From Chloroflexota bacterium (GTDB taxonomy: Bacteria; Chloroflexota; Anaerolineae; Anaerolineales; Villigracilaceae), in the NCBI GenBank assembly GCA_021795965.1, contig JAJYOU010000009.1, positions 951 through 64,950 on the forward strand: a stretch of DNA of 64,000 bases, given 5' to 3'. Under the pieces are notes generated by a model that saw nothing but the letters and a program-made list of their open reading frames with translations, did not search any database and was not told the origin of the DNA. The position numbers were made by a program, and so were the translations under genes. Positions 47,291 through 56,977 of the stretch are shown piece by piece; the first letter of the stretch is position 1, and every line of letters starts with the position of its first letter.

Positions 47291-47998
47291 TTATTTTCCT
47301 GGGATTAATTTAATCAAAAATACCACTAAAGGAGCGATCACCAGCGCAGGTAAAAAATTCCCCACCCTGATTTTCTTAATTTCAAGAAGACTGCTCAAGC
47401 CAATTCCGATCAAGAGGACACCCCCGGTGGCAGTCAGTTCATTCATCATGCTGGTGGTAATGATTGAATTCAATTGAGCAGCCAGCAGGCTGATTCCCCC
47501 CTGGTAGAAAAGCACCGGGAAGGCAGCAAATGCAACTCCGATCCCAAGGGTGGATGAAAACGCGATGGAAAATAATCCATCCAACATTGACTTGATCGAC
47601 AAAGTTAAATAATCGCCCCTCAACCCATCGCTGATTGCGCCCAACACGGCCATCGGACCTGTGCAAAATAAAACAGTGGCAGTCAGAAAACCCCTGGCAA
47701 ATTTACTGGATCCTTCTTCTGAGCTTTTTGAAAATCTTTTTTCCAACCAGATTCCCAGACCTTCAAGTCCGTCTTCGATTTGCCACCATTCGCCCAGTAT
47801 TGCTCCAGCGATAAGCGAGCCTAAAACGATCAACGAATTTTCAGTATTGAAAAACATTTGCACCCCAACTGCTGTTGTGAATAAACCCATGCCGTTGATC
47901 ACTGTATGTTTTAAATTTTCAGAAATGCGTGAACCAAACAATATTCCAATAAAACTGCCTAAAATAATCACGCTAAAATTTATTAACGTTCCAATCAT
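47291..47998 (-). CDS. DUF554 family membrane protein (YdfK/YqgA-like)
   Basis: MIGTLINFSVIILGSFIGILFG..., with about 6-7 TM segments. Its start overlaps the pduO-type gene's stop (ATGA). Confidence 0.7.
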   Translation of the reverse strand: MIGTLINFSVIILGSFIGILFGSRISENLKHTVINGMGLFTTAVGVQMFFNTENSLIVLGSLIAGAILGEWWQIEDGLEGLGIWLEKRFSKSSEEGSSKFARGFLTATVLFCTGPMAVLGAISDGLRGDYLTLSIKSMLDGLFSIAFSSTLGIGVAFAAFPVLFYQGGISLLAAQLNSIITTSMMNELTATGGVLLIGIGLSSLLEIKKIRVGNFLPALVIAPLVVFLIKLIPGK

Positions 47999-48543
47999 TT
48001 TTGTTTTGCCATCCTTGTTGATTTTCCTGCCTGTTGATTCTCAAATAATTCGAGCACAAAACAAAGTGAGGATAACCTGTTGAGATAAGCCAACAGCGCG
48101 GGATTATCAAGACCGCCTGCATAATATAATTCCACCACCCGCCTTTCAGCTCGCCGGATAATTGTTCGCGCCATGCCAACCAAGGCACCAACCGAGCTTT
48201 CACCTGAGAGGATAAATTCGTGAGGAATTTCCACTTTTCTGGTGATCCAATCCGTTTCATTCTCCAACCATTTGACCTGTCCATCTCCAATGGTCCGAAA
48301 TTTTTTGGAATTTTCCGGAGTTGCACCTACTTCGGTCATTAATTGGTACAAATCTTTTTGAATTTGCAGAGTAATTTGGTTCGTTTCAACCAAACGCGTG
48401 TTTGATCTCACCAGTCCCAGCGCGGCTGAAGCCTCATCAATTGCTCCGAGAGCTTCGATTCGAAGATCAAATTTCTGAACGCGACCTTCTCCAAGCAGAC
48501 CTGTCAATCCTTCATCACCTGTTTTTGAATAAATTGGAGACAT
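47995..48543 (-). CDS. PduO-type ATP:cob(I)alamin adenosyltransferase
   Basis: IYSKTGDEGLTGLLGEGRVQKFDLRIEALGAIDEASAALG and RTIIRRAERRVV. Confidence 0.85.
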   Translation of the reverse strand: MSPIYSKTGDEGLTGLLGEGRVQKFDLRIEALGAIDEASAALGLVRSNTRLVETNQITLQIQKDLYQLMTEVGATPENSKKFRTIGDGQVKWLENETDWITRKVEIPHEFILSGESSVGALVGMARTIIRRAERRVVELYYAGGLDNPALLAYLNRLSSLCFVLELFENQQAGKSTRMAKQK

Positions 48544-48854
48544 GGGCGTTATTATAACCGAACCCTTGCTGCACCTGTAAGCTCAAGCCAGGCATTCCGG
48601 CTTTGATGATTTTCAAACCAAATCTGAAGCGCTGAATTAGAAAATAACAGCCATTACGAGCCTGATTCCAGAAGATCGCAAATATTTCGAAAAAGATCGT
48701 TTGCCGTTAATCTCTAAATTCCTCCCGGTTTTGATTAACCTTTGGGTTGACCATTTCGAAATTGGTGGGATGTTTTGATTTCTGTCCGTAGCGTATAATT
48801 ACAAAACTTAATGTTTTCGACCTAAATCTGGAAAAATGATGGATAAATGATTTC

Positions 48855-49502
48855 ATGAAGACACGTTACCACCGCGAAATTACGGTTCAGGCGCTCGGTC
48901 CATATTTTCATCCGCTCGCACTCGAAGAAGTAATTCATGCCAACCTCGGTCAGGACGCCTGGTACTATCAATTGGGTCATGATCGTTATCATTTTGATAA
49001 CAACTCATTTGTCGCAGGTGATCAATATTGTGAAGAACAACGCCAACTGGTCATCACCAATTTAACGAATGGAATGATTTCAAAAGCACGGCAGGCAATG
49101 GGTCGATTGACTCATACCGTTCAGGATTTTTATGCACACAGCAATTATGTTGATCTCTGGCGAGCGCGCTTTCCAGATTCGCCAGCAAAAGACATCGACC
49201 CATTGGATGCTGAGATTTTGCGTAGTGCCTTGCTTCGATCCGGGAAAATAGTTTACCCGCTTGAAGCACTGTCATTTATCGACATCTTTAAACCTCTTGT
49301 ACTCCCTCTTCTTCCAAAGGATTCGCATGCCGGGATGAATATTGACGATCCCTCACGAAATAATTTTGATTGGGCATTCAATGCATCAGTGAACAGAACT
49401 GTAAAAGAATACTCTAATCTTTCCCAAAAAATGACTCAGGAAGAGATTTTTTGCCTGACGGGTCTAACCCAGGCCGCTGAAAAGAAAAATCTTATAACAT
49501 AA
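48855..49502 (+). CDS. Hypothetical protein with Het-C-like / zinc-phospholipase-C-like histidine motifs
   Basis: HREITVQAL, LGQDAWYYQLGHDRYHFDNNSF, THTVQDFYAHSNYVDLW and DSHAGMNIDDP. No signal peptide or TM segment. Confidence 0.4.
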   Translation: MKTRYHREITVQALGPYFHPLALEEVIHANLGQDAWYYQLGHDRYHFDNNSFVAGDQYCEEQRQLVITNLTNGMISKARQAMGRLTHTVQDFYAHSNYVDLWRARFPDSPAKDIDPLDAEILRSALLRSGKIVYPLEALSFIDIFKPLVLPLLPKDSHAGMNIDDPSRNNFDWAFNASVNRTVKEYSNLSQKMTQEEIFCLTGLTQAAEKKNLIT

Positions 49503-49533
49503 TGGTCTGCTATGGAAATAATTTTCGATAAAT

Positions 49534-49561
49534 TTGTTTAAAAAGATGAAAAGGTTATAAT
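49534..49561 (+). promoter_or_regulatory. Candidate promoter giving a leaderless transcript
   Basis: TTGTTT (49534-49539), a 16-nt spacer, then TATAAT (49556-49561). The ATG is 6 nt downstream at 49568. Confidence 0.4.
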
Positions 49562-49567
49562 CATAAA

Positions 49568-50014
49568 ATGGATATGAAAACTCGGCTTAATAATGCAGTT
49601 ATAGAAGCAATGAAAAGCGGTGATGAAGTCACTAAACGCACGCTGCGAATGGCTCTTGCCGCCATCAAACAGGTGGAAGTAGATCGACGAATTACCCTGG
49701 ATGATCCTGCAGTCCTTTCCATATTGCAAAAGGAGATAAAAATCCGCAGAGAAGCCTTTGACGAAGCGAAAAAGGCGAACCGGACAGATCTGGCTCTGGA
49801 AGCACAGGCGGAAATAGATGTTTTGTTGAAGTTTTTGCCAAAAGGACTCAGCCGGGAGGAAATTGTCGCTCTCGCTCAAGAAGCTATTGCAGAAAGCGGA
49901 GCCACCGGTTTACCAGATATGGGTAAAGTGATGAAATTACTGGTTCCGAAAATCTCAGGCAGAGCGCCAGGCGACCAGGTTAGTGCGATCATCCGGGAAT
50001 TGCTGCAAAATTAA
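49568..50014 (+). CDS. yqeY: GatB/YqeY domain protein
   Basis: RLNNAVIEAMKSGDEVTKRTLRMALAAIK..., 148 aa. Confidence 0.8.
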   Translation: MDMKTRLNNAVIEAMKSGDEVTKRTLRMALAAIKQVEVDRRITLDDPAVLSILQKEIKIRREAFDEAKKANRTDLALEAQAEIDVLLKFLPKGLSREEIVALAQEAIAESGATGLPDMGKVMKLLVPKISGRAPGDQVSAIIRELLQN

Positions 50015-50017
50015 AAC

Positions 50018-52117
50018 GTGAACACAAAACCGAATCACTCGCGGCAAAAGATCGCCCGACGCGATCTACTTTTATTCTTATTATTGGTTTTAACCGGCCT
50101 GGTTACTTATGCTGTGCTGGTAATACCTCTTTCCCTGCGACCATCAAGTTTGCCTTTAGTGGAAGGTCAGGTTTCGCCTCAGGACCTTCAAGCACCCATC
50201 AATGTTGAGTACATCAGCAGCGTCCGTACGAACCAGGCCAGGGATGCAGCGGAACGGGAAGTTCAGCCAGTTTATTCAGAACCCGACCAAAGTATCGCTC
50301 GACAACAAATAACCAAGTTAAGATCTACTCTGGATGCCATAAGCGCCATCCGTAGCGATGCAAAAACAACCTATGGCGAAAAATTTGACAAGATTTCTTC
50401 TTTACCTGAAGTAAATCTCGACGCCAAGACTGCAGGTTTACTCCTCCTGGTTTCAGATTCTCGCTGGTATGCCCTTCAACAGGATTCCCTGCGTGTATTG
50501 GAACAAATTGTTCGATCTCCAGTTAGACAGGACTCCATTTCCTCCTACCTGGATGGAGTTGCATCAATGGTTAGCTATGTCTTCAACGACAGCGAGTCTG
50601 CAGCCGTGGTGCAGCTTGTAACCCCATTTATCGTCCCCAATAGTTTTTATAGTCCAGATCTAACCGATGCCGCTCGCCTTCAAGCCCGTCAAACTGTTGA
50701 ACCAATTACGCAAACCTACCTCGCAGGAGAATTGGTAGTTCCCCGCGGAAAAGTTTTAACTGAAGCAAATATAGAAGCCCTGGAGATGATGGGTCTGGTC
50801 AGGATTTCCAATCCATTCTATGAGTATTTAAGTACGGCAGCCATGGTGTTGGTGTTGATGACCTTTATCGGGTTATATTACCAGCGTCGCAAGCCGGCTT
50901 ATTACAATGATAAATTCAGCCTGGTGCTCATTTCTGTTTTATTTGTCTTATTCATCGTTTCAGCCCGCCTGGTTATTCCCAACCGCGCAATTCTGCCATA
51001 TATCTTCCCATTGCCCGCTTTTGGTCTATTGATCGCCACCTTGTTTGGACCTGGTGGAGCGATAATTTTATCCATTGCCATCAGTATTCTGGTTACTTTT
51101 GGTTTACCCTCTGCCAGCACGCTGATGGTATTCTATTTGCTGGCATCCCTGACCGGGATCCTGTCTTTAGGGAAAGCACATCGCATAAGTTCATTTGCCT
51201 GGGCTGCCATTGTGTCAGCTGTTTCAGGAATGGCGGTGATCACAGCCTACCGCTTATCGGCAAATGATTTGGATTGGATTGGTTATATGACTCTTATAGG
51301 GGCAACTTTGTTGAACGGGATTGCCTCTGCAAGTGTTGCTCTCTTGCTCCAATATTTTTTAGCTGAGTTTTTTGGTCTCACCACCAGTCTAAGGCTGCTG
51401 GAAATGTCACGCCCAGATGCTCCTTTACTGAAATATTTTTTGAACCATGCCCCGGGAACTTACCAGCACAGCCTGATGGTTTCAAACCTGGTGGAGCAAG
51501 CCGCTGAGAGACTGGGAATGGATACCATGCTGGTCAGGGTGGGAGCGCTTTATCATGATGTTGGAAAGGCTGCCAACCCATCCTTCTTTATTGAAAACCA
51601 GCTTCCGAACAACCTGAATCCACATGACGATGTGGCACCTGAAGTTGCAGCCGCGACGGTGATTAGCCATGTCACCGATGGAGTTATTCTTGCGCAAAAA
51701 TACCGCCTGCCACGCCGGATCGTTGATTTCATCCTCGAACATCACGGCACCTTACTTGCCAGGTATCAATACAACCGGGCAGTGAGTGATGCGGGTGGAG
51801 ATGCGACCAAGGTGGATGAGAAGAAGTTTCGCTACCCGGGTCCGGAACCGCGTTCCAGGGAAACCGCCTTATTGATGCTCGCAGATAATGTTGAAGCTCG
51901 CACCCGTTCTGAACGACCCCGAACCGAGGAAGAAATTAAACAGGTGGTAATAAAAGCCATTGATTTTTGCCAACAAGAAAATCAACTGGTAAACACCCGC
52001 TTCACCCTGAAAGACATTTCTGTGATTACAGAAGTGTTCGTGACCACCCTCGTTGGTTTATATCATCCTCGAATAGCTTATCCTGCAGTCGAATCACTCC
52101 CCAGTGAGAATAATTGA
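50018..52117 (+). CDS. pgpH: 7TM receptor with intracellular HD hydrolase (PgpH/YqfF-type, c-di-AMP phosphodiesterase family)
   Basis: An extracytoplasmic N-terminal domain, 7 TM segments, and an HD domain HSLMVSNL..GALYHDVGK..EHHG. GTG start. Confidence 0.8.
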   Translation: MNTKPNHSRQKIARRDLLLFLLLVLTGLVTYAVLVIPLSLRPSSLPLVEGQVSPQDLQAPINVEYISSVRTNQARDAAEREVQPVYSEPDQSIARQQITKLRSTLDAISAIRSDAKTTYGEKFDKISSLPEVNLDAKTAGLLLLVSDSRWYALQQDSLRVLEQIVRSPVRQDSISSYLDGVASMVSYVFNDSESAAVVQLVTPFIVPNSFYSPDLTDAARLQARQTVEPITQTYLAGELVVPRGKVLTEANIEALEMMGLVRISNPFYEYLSTAAMVLVLMTFIGLYYQRRKPAYYNDKFSLVLISVLFVLFIVSARLVIPNRAILPYIFPLPAFGLLIATLFGPGGAIILSIAISILVTFGLPSASTLMVFYLLASLTGILSLGKAHRISSFAWAAIVSAVSGMAVITAYRLSANDLDWIGYMTLIGATLLNGIASASVALLLQYFLAEFFGLTTSLRLLEMSRPDAPLLKYFLNHAPGTYQHSLMVSNLVEQAAERLGMDTMLVRVGALYHDVGKAANPSFFIENQLPNNLNPHDDVAPEVAAATVISHVTDGVILAQKYRLPRRIVDFILEHHGTLLARYQYNRAVSDAGGDATKVDEKKFRYPGPEPRSRETALLMLADNVEARTRSERPRTEEEIKQVVIKAIDFCQQENQLVNTRFTLKDISVITEVFVTTLVGLYHPRIAYPAVESLPSENN

Positions 52118-52147
52118 ACCTGTTTCAATCATAGCCACGGAGAAACC

Positions 52148-52603
52148 ATGATTTTTTTGGAAAAAATCGAGTCCTTACATCCTGAAATTTCCACCGAGTT
52201 GATTGAAACTTGTGCTTTGACTGCATTAAAGCACCAGGCAGCACCTGAAGATTCAGAATTAACGATCGTTCTTTCAGATGATGACCAATTACATGAACTC
52301 AACCTTCATTGGATGGGTGTTGATGCTCCCACCGATGTCCTTTCCTTCCCCTCCGAGGAAATCGACCCGGAGACCGGAAATCGATATCTCGGCGACATTA
52401 TTATTTCGGTCCAGCGCGCCGCTGAGCAAGCCCAATCTGCCGGGCATTCCGCCGAAGATGAAGTCCAACTGCTGACGGTACACGGCATCTTACATTTGAT
52501 GGGTTACGATCACGGTGACCCGAAGGGAAAAGCAATAATGTGGAAATCGCAAGCTGAGATATTATCTCTCCTGGGTTTACCAAACCTCCAGATAATGGAA
52601 TAA
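52148..52603 (+). CDS. ybeY: rRNA maturation endoribonuclease YbeY
   Basis: TDVLSFP and the zinc motif HGILHLMGYDH. Confidence 0.9.
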   Translation: MIFLEKIESLHPEISTELIETCALTALKHQAAPEDSELTIVLSDDDQLHELNLHWMGVDAPTDVLSFPSEEIDPETGNRYLGDIIISVQRAAEQAQSAGHSAEDEVQLLTVHGILHLMGYDHGDPKGKAIMWKSQAEILSLLGLPNLQIME

Positions 52604-52614
52604 AACAAAAGAGC

Positions 52615-53004
52615 ATGAAAAACTTTTTTCGAACCAGGATCGAATCTTTTGGCCATGCCTTTCGAGGTTTGGGGTATGCCATTCGCAATGAGAAAAATGC
52701 CTGGATACATGCAACAGCAACAATTCTTGCCATTATTTTCGCATTTTGGCTTGAAATTTCACTCACCAAATGGGCAGTCTTGGTCTTAACCATCGCGATG
52801 GTCTGGTCGGCTGAGATGATTAACACCTCCATTGAAGCGGTTGTTGATTTAGCCAGCCCAGATCACCACCCGCTGGCAAAGGTCGGGAAAGATGTTGGCG
52901 CAGCGGCAGTACTCATTGCGGCATTCGCAGCTTTAATCATTGGGATGATTATTTTTGCTCCCCCTCTCTGGGGAAAAATTACTTCATTTTTTAAATTAAC
53001 CTAA
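52615..53004 (+). CDS. dgkA: Diacylglycerol/undecaprenol kinase (DagK family)
   Basis: FGHAFRGLGYAIRNEKN, AEMINTSIEAVVD and KDVGAAAVL, with 3 TM segments. Confidence 0.8.
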   Translation: MKNFFRTRIESFGHAFRGLGYAIRNEKNAWIHATATILAIIFAFWLEISLTKWAVLVLTIAMVWSAEMINTSIEAVVDLASPDHHPLAKVGKDVGAAAVLIAAFAALIIGMIIFAPPLWGKITSFFKLT

Positions 53005-53046
53005 TTAACCAGCGGTTATTCTCTTAATTTCCTGAAAGGAATAAAT

Positions 53047-53901
53047 ATGACCCTATCCTTTCGCTTTGGCACGGTCGGATCTCCGATTGGCACCCCCCGG
53101 AAACCGGGCGGTTCGCTCGGTGCGGTCCAGTTCAGCAATTCAATCGGCTTGAACGCGCTGGAATTAGGCTGGGTTCAATCTGTCAGAGTTTCTGAAGAAA
53201 CCTGCGAATTAATTAAGCAATCTTCACAATCTGAAAATGTCGCCATCAGTGTGCATGCGCCGTATTTTATTAATTTAAATGCAGGTGATGACGAATGGCC
53301 CAAATCACGTAAAAGATTAATGGATGCTGCGCACTACGGAAACCTGGCTGGGGCGACGGATATTATTTTCCACCCAGGGTCCTACTTTGAGAGAATGCCC
53401 GAGGAAGTCCTAAAAATTGCGATTCCGCGCTTAAAGGGCTGTGTTGAAGAAATTCGAAACCAGAATAACCCGGTTATCCTTCGACCAGAAACGATGGGAA
53501 AAAGTGCGATGCTGGGATCGCTGGAAGACACCTTGGAAATGTCAAAACAAATCAAGGGTGTTATGCCATGTATCGATTTTGCCCATTTGCATGCCCGCCC
53601 GGGGAATGGTTCAATGAATTCGTATACCGAATGGTCTCAGCGGTTGGATCAATACGGGAAAATGCTGGGAGAAGCTGCACTCAAACGGCTCCATATCCAT
53701 CTTTCAGGGATTGAATACGGCCCGAAAGGTGAAAAAAACCATTTACCCATTGCTGAATCTGATTTAAATCTAAAAGACCTCTTCCGTGCATTGTTAAATT
53801 CAAAAGCCGGCGGGCGGATTTTATGTGAGAGTCCCATAATGGAAGAGGACGCATTGTTTATGAAGCGTGTTTGGCAGGAGCTGAGTGGGGAAGAATCCTG
53901 A
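53047..53901 (+). CDS. nfo: Endonuclease IV-like TIM-barrel protein (AP endonuclease family 2)
   Basis: HAPYFINL, IFHPGSY, LRPETMG, CIDFAHLHA and HIHLSGIEY..NHLP. Confidence 0.65.
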   Translation: MTLSFRFGTVGSPIGTPRKPGGSLGAVQFSNSIGLNALELGWVQSVRVSEETCELIKQSSQSENVAISVHAPYFINLNAGDDEWPKSRKRLMDAAHYGNLAGATDIIFHPGSYFERMPEEVLKIAIPRLKGCVEEIRNQNNPVILRPETMGKSAMLGSLEDTLEMSKQIKGVMPCIDFAHLHARPGNGSMNSYTEWSQRLDQYGKMLGEAALKRLHIHLSGIEYGPKGEKNHLPIAESDLNLKDLFRALLNSKAGGRILCESPIMEEDALFMKRVWQELSGEES

Positions 53902-53922
53902 TTAATCCAGGTGAAATGAAGG

Positions 53923-54477
53923 TTATGCTTCGACATCCTCCCGGTCAATCGAATAGATGACGGCATCATAAACTTTATTTTTTACGACGATACCATTTTT
54001 CCGTTCGCAAACAAAATGGGCACCTGCCTTTAGTGCGGCGCGTTGGCTGGCTTTATTTTCAGTGGCAATCACTATATCCAGGCGAAGCAGCCCCGCAGTT
54101 AAAAAAGCATACTTTGCCGCCAAACGAATAGCCCGGCTCGCGACACCCTTCCGGGTGGCACTCGTTCGGACCCAGTATCCCAGGTTGCAAGTTTTCTGGT
54201 TTTCATCCAGATTGTCAAGCGAACAATTCCCCAGGTAAACACCGGATTTTGAATCGATTATTACGAAATAAAACGCCCGTGCATGCTCCCATGCCAGGCT
54301 GGCATGTTCGACCCAGCGCAAAGCGGATCCCTCATCAAATGTATCCGTTGCCCAATCCATCCATGGTTTCAGTTCATTGAGAGATTCCCGGACAGCCTGG
54401 TAAATTGAAGAAATATCTTCGGTTTTGGGAAGTCGAAGATTTATTGTTCCATCTGTAATTTGTAAACTTTGATTCAT
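53923..54477 (-). CDS. GNAT N-acetyltransferase (RimJ/RimL-like)
   Basis: INLRLPKTEDI..., NLGYWVRTSATRKGVASRAIRL. Confidence 0.75.
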   Translation of the reverse strand: MNQSLQITDGTINLRLPKTEDISSIYQAVRESLNELKPWMDWATDTFDEGSALRWVEHASLAWEHARAFYFVIIDSKSGVYLGNCSLDNLDENQKTCNLGYWVRTSATRKGVASRAIRLAAKYAFLTAGLLRLDIVIATENKASQRAALKAGAHFVCERKNGIVVKNKVYDAVIYSIDREDVEA

Positions 54478-54601
54478 GAGAATAGTTTCGCGTGCTGATT
54501 CCTGGTCAAAATCAATCTTCCAGGTTCATCTGTTTGATTCTTCCCGGTCATACCTTCGCCTGAAATTAAAAACAAAAAGTGCGGATTGCTCCGCACTTTC
54601 T

Positions 54602-55261
54602 TTAATTTTGAATGTATTCCTTCAAATTATGCTCTACGGCGTAAGCCGCAGCCTCTGCCCTGTTGTTTACGCCGAGTTTGGACAGGATGCTGCTGACATA
54701 ATTCCGGACTGTCCCTTCCCCCAAAAATAATGCCTTTGCAATTTCGCGGTTGGTTCTCCCTTCAGAGACCAAAAGAAGAACATGCTTTTCCTGCTGGCTC
54801 AGATGTGCAAAAGCAGAAGCTTCTTCTTCTTTCACTGCTTTTCGAACTTCCTGGAACACTCGTTGGGTCACAGCCGGGTCAAGCAGGGCTTCGCCCCGTC
54901 CAACTGCTTCAAGCGCACGAATCAAATCTTCGCTGGCGATTTGTTTGAGAATATACCCTGAGGCACCTGCTCGAATGGCAGAAAATAACATTTCATCCTC
55001 TGCATAAGAAGTAAGCATGATTACCTTTGTTTCCGGATAATATTGGATAATTTCTTCACAAGCCTCAATTCCAGATGTGCCCGGGAGACGAATGTCCATT
55101 ACGACGACATTCGGCAAAAGATTGGCCACCTGTTCAAGTGCCTCACGTGCAGAACTTGCCTCACCAACAACTTCAAAATTTGGGTGACGATCCAGGAGAG
55201 CTTTTAAACCCAGTCGTACAACTTCATGGTCATCCACCAGCAAAATACGCTGCTTTGACAT
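54602..55261 (-). CDS. NarL/LuxR-family response regulator
   Basis: Receiver [24 protein letters not shown] and the Lux[49 protein letters not shown]. The ATG at 55261 follows a GGAG RBS; the track's start at 55336 adds an implausible leader. Confidence 0.85.
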   Translation of the reverse strand: MSKQRILLVDDHEVVRLGLKALLDRHPNFEVVGEASSAREALEQVANLLPNVVVMDIRLPGTSGIEACEEIIQYYPETKVIMLTSYAEDEMLFSAIRAGASGYILKQIASEDLIRALEAVGRGEALLDPAVTQRVFQEVRKAVKEEEASAFAHLSQQEKHVLLLVSEGRTNREIAKALFLGEGTVRNYVSSILSKLGVNNRAEAAAYAVEHNLKEYIQN

Positions 55262-55339
55262 AATATCTCCAACCTCCGCAAAAATAAAAGTATAGTCGAG
55301 AGGTTGATGAATGGCAAGGGCAATCTGGATAAACATGGT

Positions 55340-55600
55340 TTAACCTACCTCAAATATCCTTTTCTGGATCCCGCAAACCATCAGCTGATACAGTTTTTGG
55401 CATGAATAACCGCAAAATCCTTGACAGGTGCGGCAAAAGCAACCTGCGAAATTGTTCTCAAGCACCAAGATTTCAATCACTTCGACCGTTCCCACCTGGT
55501 TTTCCCCCTGAAAAAGCGATGCTTTCAAGCTGTTGTCATCATTGGTCGAACACTTATTTCCTGGTTCAGGGCTGATCAGTTCAATTTTGTTGCTTGTCAT
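55340..55600 (-). CDS. Candidate small Cys-rich protein (86 aa), very uncertain
   Basis: It is the only long ORF in the 535-bp gap between the regulator and fabG. The C-terminal cluster reads AGCFCRTCQGFCGYSCQKLYQLMVCG. The RBS is weak and distant (AGGA 16 nt upstream). Confidence 0.25.
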   Translation of the reverse strand: MTSNKIELISPEPGNKCSTNDDNSLKASLFQGENQVGTVEVIEILVLENNFAGCFCRTCQGFCGYSCQKLYQLMVCGIQKRIFEVG

Positions 55601-55795
55601 GTAAATATTTTTATATTCCTACCCGGGGAAGCGTACAGGAGTGTTAAAAATAATTTTTCCTTTCCACGATCAACAGGAATAATTTAACCCGGTTTATAAT
55701 ATTCCTGTATTCCAATTAATTTCTCGCAAAAAAATTGAAAAGTCTATAGTTAAGATACCCTGATTTAAGCTTTCCTATTTCGTACAGGAGTAAAT

Positions 55796-56560
55796 ATGAG
55801 CATGAAGAAGAAAGTAGTCCTCGTTACAGGCGGTGCAAATGGAATCGGCAAAGCGACTGCCCTCAAATTTGCAGAAGCAGGCGCTGCGGTCGTTATTTGC
55901 GACCTGAATGAAACCGCCGGTGAGGAAACAATCAGGCTGATTGGCGAAAAAGCTGCCTTTTACAAAGTCAACGTCGCCAACCGTGCCGAAGTCCAGACCT
56001 GGGTCGATGATGTTGTCACCAGATTTGGTCGAATTGACGTCCTCGTCAATAACGCCGGGATCCTGCGGGATGGACAATTGATCAAATTCAAGGAAGGACA
56101 GCTGGTCGGGCAGATGTCTGAAGAAAATTTTGATCAAGTCATATCGATCAATCTCAAGGGAGTTTTTAATTGCACCCAGGCTGTTGCTCCGATCATGGCG
56201 CGGCAAGGTGGAGGGGTCATTCTTAGCGCGACCTCGGTCGTCGGGCTGGATGGTAATTTTGGTCAGACCAATTATGTCGCCGCAAAATCTGGTGTTATCG
56301 GCATGACAAAAGTTTGGTCGCGTGAATTAGGTAAATTTGGCATCCGGGTAAATGCAGTTGCCCCAGGTTTTATCGCAACCGATATGATCAAAGGCATGCC
56401 TGAAAAAATCCTGGAAGGATTGAAAACCCACTCACCCCTTGGGCGGATGGGGGAGCCGCGCGATATAGCCAATGCGTATTTTTTCCTGGCGTCAGATGAT
56501 GCATCATTCATAACCGGTGAAACTTTGCGCGTGGATGGCGGTGTCGTTGTCGGAACGTAA
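55796..56560 (+). CDS. fabG: 3-oxoacyl-ACP reductase / SDR family oxidoreductase
   Basis: VTGGANGIGKA, NNAGI and YVAAKSGVIGMTK (YxxxK). An AGGAG RBS lies 5 nt upstream. Confidence 0.8.
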   Translation: MSMKKKVVLVTGGANGIGKATALKFAEAGAAVVICDLNETAGEETIRLIGEKAAFYKVNVANRAEVQTWVDDVVTRFGRIDVLVNNAGILRDGQLIKFKEGQLVGQMSEENFDQVISINLKGVFNCTQAVAPIMARQGGGVILSATSVVGLDGNFGQTNYVAAKSGVIGMTKVWSRELGKFGIRVNAVAPGFIATDMIKGMPEKILEGLKTHSPLGRMGEPRDIANAYFFLASDDASFITGETLRVDGGVVVGT

Positions 56561-56977
56561 TTTCAGATCAAACTACCATTGGATTGATGATCAAACCCCG
56601 GCAAGGCCTCATTAAGGCAGCTGGGGTTGTTTTTAAATGGTCCAAATTTCCCCCTGGGTGTGCGTCCCAACGATGTGGATTAACGATCCTGAAAAAACGC
56701 TATTCAAAGGTTGCCAAAAAAATCAGGTTCTATAAATCGAGGATTTCCTAAATTTCCCGGTTGTGAGCGACCTCGCTCTGGAATTGGGCTCGCCTCACCG
56801 TACTTTGGAAATCATGAATGACGGTTTGATCCTGTAGGTAGTGAGCAGGAAAATCCGCCTGTAAATGTATCCAATCCTTCGCTGGCGGAAAAATTTTCCT
56901 TTCAACTGCCTGAACTCAGGATTTGAAATAAGCAGATTTTATGGGAATTAACCCTCCACGGACATTTTTAGCCCTGC

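Noticed and set aside
47199-47477. 92-aa plus-strand ORF overlapping the 3' end of the DUF554 gene
   Set aside because: It is mostly antisense to a well-supported membrane-protein gene. Its remainder lies in a convergent intergenic spacer with no start signals.
48560-48605. B12-box-like string AGCCAGGCATTCCGGC near the PduO-type adenosyltransferase
   Set aside because: It is on the strand opposite to the pduO-type gene. The match to the B12 box is only partial. The rest of a cobalamin riboswitch would have to lie inside the coding region, and the other conserved cores are missing.
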